NCBI GenBank assembly: GCA_024679065.1
Contig: JAGIQG010000043.1
Coordinates: 1,674,001-1,738,000 of the forward strand
DNA: 64,000 nucleotides
Direction: 5' to 3'
Source: Sphyrna mokarran
Lineage: Eukaryota
The notes beneath the pieces were generated by a model. It saw nothing but the letters and a program-made list of their open reading frames with translations. It had not been told where the DNA came from and did not search any database. The translations under genes were made by a program, and so were the position numbers. How positions within the stretch are numbered: position 1 is the first letter of the stretch; each line of letters opens with the position of its first letter. Below are positions 60,601-64,000 of this stretch, piece by piece.

Positions 60601-63600
60601 GCGTCCTGTAGAGTTGAGCCTTTATAGATTCAATGGAAAGTATGACGACCTCTGCAGTGGAGATTATGTCAGCACTTTGAGCAGTGTTGGGGCGAACACA
60701 ATATTTGTTTGGCAATCCTCACAGTTTGTGTGCCACAGCAGAGCAGCCGACTCTAAAATTCAAATCCCCTCGAATTAAAGTTTATTTTATGAATGACAGA
60801 AGTAGGCTAACATTAACACTGCAAAGAAGTTACGGTGAAAATCCCCTAATCTCCACAGTGCAACCCCTGTTCGGAAACACTAAGGAAATTTTTTAGCACC
60901 GCCAATGCAGCAACTAGCACGAAGGAGCAAACAGAGGATACCCACACAGATAAGGAGAAGACATGCAGACTGCAGGTAGACAGTGACTCAAACTAGGTAT
61001 CGAACCCAGTTCTCTGGTGCAATGAGGCAGCAATGCTGTCCATTGCACAAATTGATGGAGTGCAATAATTAACATTTTTCCATTGTATTTCAGAGTGTTC
61101 TATTGGATAAATGTAGGGTGAAGGTTCAGGTGAACTTTTTTTTCAATTTTAAATATCTACATTTTTAATCATTCGTGGGACATGGGCATGCTGAATGGCC
61201 AACATTTACTTGTTGCACGTGGAAGGCATTTTAGATTCATGGAGAACTTAGAACCAAATTACTGTGGCTGTAAAGTCGCATGTAGGCCAGACGGGGAAAA
61301 GATGGCAGATTTCCGCCCCTAAAGGAGTGAAGCAGATTGGTTCTTTCCCAGCAGTGAACATTGGTATCATGCTCATCAGTAGATTCTTAATTCCAATTTT
61401 TTATATTGAAATCAAAGTTAAACCAACTCCTGCGGCAGGATTCTAACCGTGTCCCCAGAGCATTAACTGTTTTTCTGGATTAATGGTCTAGCGATAATAC
61501 CAGGAGGCCATCACCTCCCCATAACCGAAAACTGATACTCATGAGGTACTGCTGTCCAATTTTCAGGATATCTATTTTGTTACCCCTCAGCCATGTATCC
61601 TTGAATAAAAAAGGATCCAGTCTGTTTTTCCTTTCCTGTTACTAATGACAGTTTTGTCCTGCTCTCCTATCGTACAGGGACGGCACGGTAGCACAGAGGT
61701 TAGCATTGCTGCTTCACATTTCCAGGGACCTGGATTCGATTCCTGGCTCGGGTTACTGTCTGTGTGCAGTTTGCACATTCTCTCTGTGCCTGTGTGGGTT
61801 TCCTCTGGATGCTCGGCGTTCCTCCCACAGTCCAAAGATATGCGGGTTAGGTCGATTGGCCATGCTAAAATTGTCATGTAGTGTCCTGAGATTTGTAAGT
61901 TAGAAGGATTCGTGGGTAAATATGAAGGGATACGGGAGTAGGGTCTGGTGTGATTTGTGGGTGCAGACTTGATGGGCTGAATGGCCTCCTTCTGCACTGT
62001 GGGACTTCTGTGTTCCTTCTGAGGAAACTGTTTGCGCTGATTCCAGTGTCGGAATTTCCTTTCGGTACGAAGGAAGGGCATAAATGAAGACAGTTAGGCC
62101 AAATTTGAAATAAAGTTTTCTCACAAAATATGGTGTTACAGATATATGCCCTTGCGGTTGGTTTTGTATTTTCCCAATGAATTGCACAAGCAAGTTCATC
62201 AAAAAGATTCGGGAAACAATATGATTCACAATGAATACATGAACAGGGAGGCACGGCGACAGAGTGGTTTAGCACTGCTGCCTCACAGCGCCAGTGACTT
62301 CAATTCCAGGCCTGGGTCACTGTCTGTGTGGAGTTTTGCACATTCTGCTGCAGCTGCGTCGGCTTTGTCTGGGTGTTCCAGTTTCCTCCCACGTCATAAA
62401 GGTTTTATCTTTACCCACCCATCACCCCACCTCCTAGTGACCTTGCATCTGAGAGGCAGTGTAAGACACTGGCCTTCACTGTACTGAGCTTTGTTACCGA
62501 TTTATCATCTGTTTCTGAATCAATAAAGCCAGTATTTAATTTACAGTCGGCGCTTCCAATGGGTCACAGTTCTCCACCATATTCGTTGAGGTGGGATACA
62601 TTTCAGGATGTGGGATGCAATTCAGGACCTCCACCAACGCCCTCCTCCACCCGTGTGAAGTAGGAGGTCCCGTCCTGTCGACCTGGATTCTGGGCTGTTT
62701 TGAGGTGTGTTCCGAAACATACAGTGATTGCAATTTTACAGCCAACCAGCAGAATCTTCTGGTACCTCAACACTGGGTGCCCACCCCGCCCACTCATAGC
62801 GTGATTCCTGGAAGCAGGATGTTGGTTCGTGATGGAGGAGTAGTGCTGCGACAGCTCGCGCTACTAAATAAATCTTTTCACTTTAATCTGATGTTGTAAA
62901 ACTTCTTACTGCCCTGATTTTCTACATCATAGAATCCTAAAGAGCAAAGGAAGCCATTCAGCCCATTGACTGTGTACCGACTTCAATCCGAGCCAGGTTC
63001 TATCCTTATTACCAAATGCATTTACCTTCGCTAGTCCCAATGACAATTTTAACATGGCCAATCCACCTAACTTGCACATTCTTGTACTCTGGGAGGAAGC
63101 CGGAGCACCTGGAGGAAACTAACGCAGTCTCGGGGAGAATGTGCAAACTCAATGCAGACAGTGATGCAAGCCGGAAATCGAACCAGTGTCCCTGGTGCTG
63201 TGAGACGGCTGTGTCACCACGCCTCCCAATGGTCGCAGTTTCAGGAAACAGGAAGTGCAACATTACCTGGACGTCATTATGGAATAACCACAAAAGGTTG
63301 ACGCGCAGGTACAGCGGGTGGTGAAGAAAACTAACGACATGCTGGCCTTCATAGCAAGAGGATCTGAATATCAAAGTAAGTATGTCTTTCTGCGGTTATA
63401 CATGGCATTGGTAAGGCCACTCCTTGAGTATTGCATGCAGTTCTGGTCTCCTAGCCGGAGGAAGAACATTCTTGCCATTCAGGGAATCCAGTAAAGATTC
63501 ACCAAATTCATTCTCAGAATGGGAGGACTGATGAACGAAGGGAGACTGGATCGCCTAAGCTTGTACCCACTGGAATTTAGAAGAATGGGAAGGGATCGCA

Positions 63601-64000
63601 TGAAAATATTTAAACTCCTGACGGGATTGGACAGGCTAGATATGGCAGCACTGTTGTTAGCAGTGCTGTATCACAGCTCTAGGGACCTGGGTTAAACTAA
63701 TGCCTTTTTCAGATTTTTGTTTATAGTCCCTACAGTACAGAAGGATACCGCTCGGCTCATTGTGCCTCATTGATAACAATCCCGCCCAGGCCCTATCTCC
63801 ATAATCCCACATATTTACGCCCCTAATCCCCCTGAAAGGAGGGAGCAACTTAATATGGACAATTCAACTAATTTCCACGTCTTTGGACTGGAGAGACAAC
63901 GGGAGCACGTGGACGAAACCTACACAGACACGGAGAGAATGCACTCTGTCCATATAGACAGTCATCAAGCCAGAAATCGAATCGGAGTCGCTGGCGCTGT

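Overview
This is eukaryotic genomic DNA, almost certainly from a shark or related elasmobranch: it is dominated by CR1 LINEs and HE1-like tRNA-derived V-SINEs, and most of the ORF track is repeat noise. Hand reconstruction of splice sites and reading phases gives three host genes. (1) A two-exon GPR139/142-like class A GPCR on the minus strand (17115-8583, 321 aa). (2, 3) A convergently transcribed pair of paralogous antigen-receptor-like IgSF genes. Each is built as leader / pre-joined VJ exon / C1-set exon / Cys-containing stalk plus TM / cytoplasmic exons, and I saw no RSS at either V-J junction. Gene A is on + (28383-36644, about 303 aa, Arg in the TM and a TLYAGL tyrosine motif). Gene B is on - (60526 to about 51957, about 378 aa, neutral TM, long basic tail, possibly a degenerate ITIM). 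This non-rearranging TCR/Ig-like pair is the most interesting system here. It could be a disulfide-linked heterodimer or a paired activating/inhibitory receptor set. Also present are a complete 1.9-kb FLYWCH-MULE (Mutator) DNA transposon with repetitive TIRs, an 8-bp TSD and a 44-bp perfect palindrome; a CR1 3'UTR/V-SINE chimeric element family; and nested and inverted CR1 structures. All gene models are manual and lack transcript support, and repeat boundaries are approximate.
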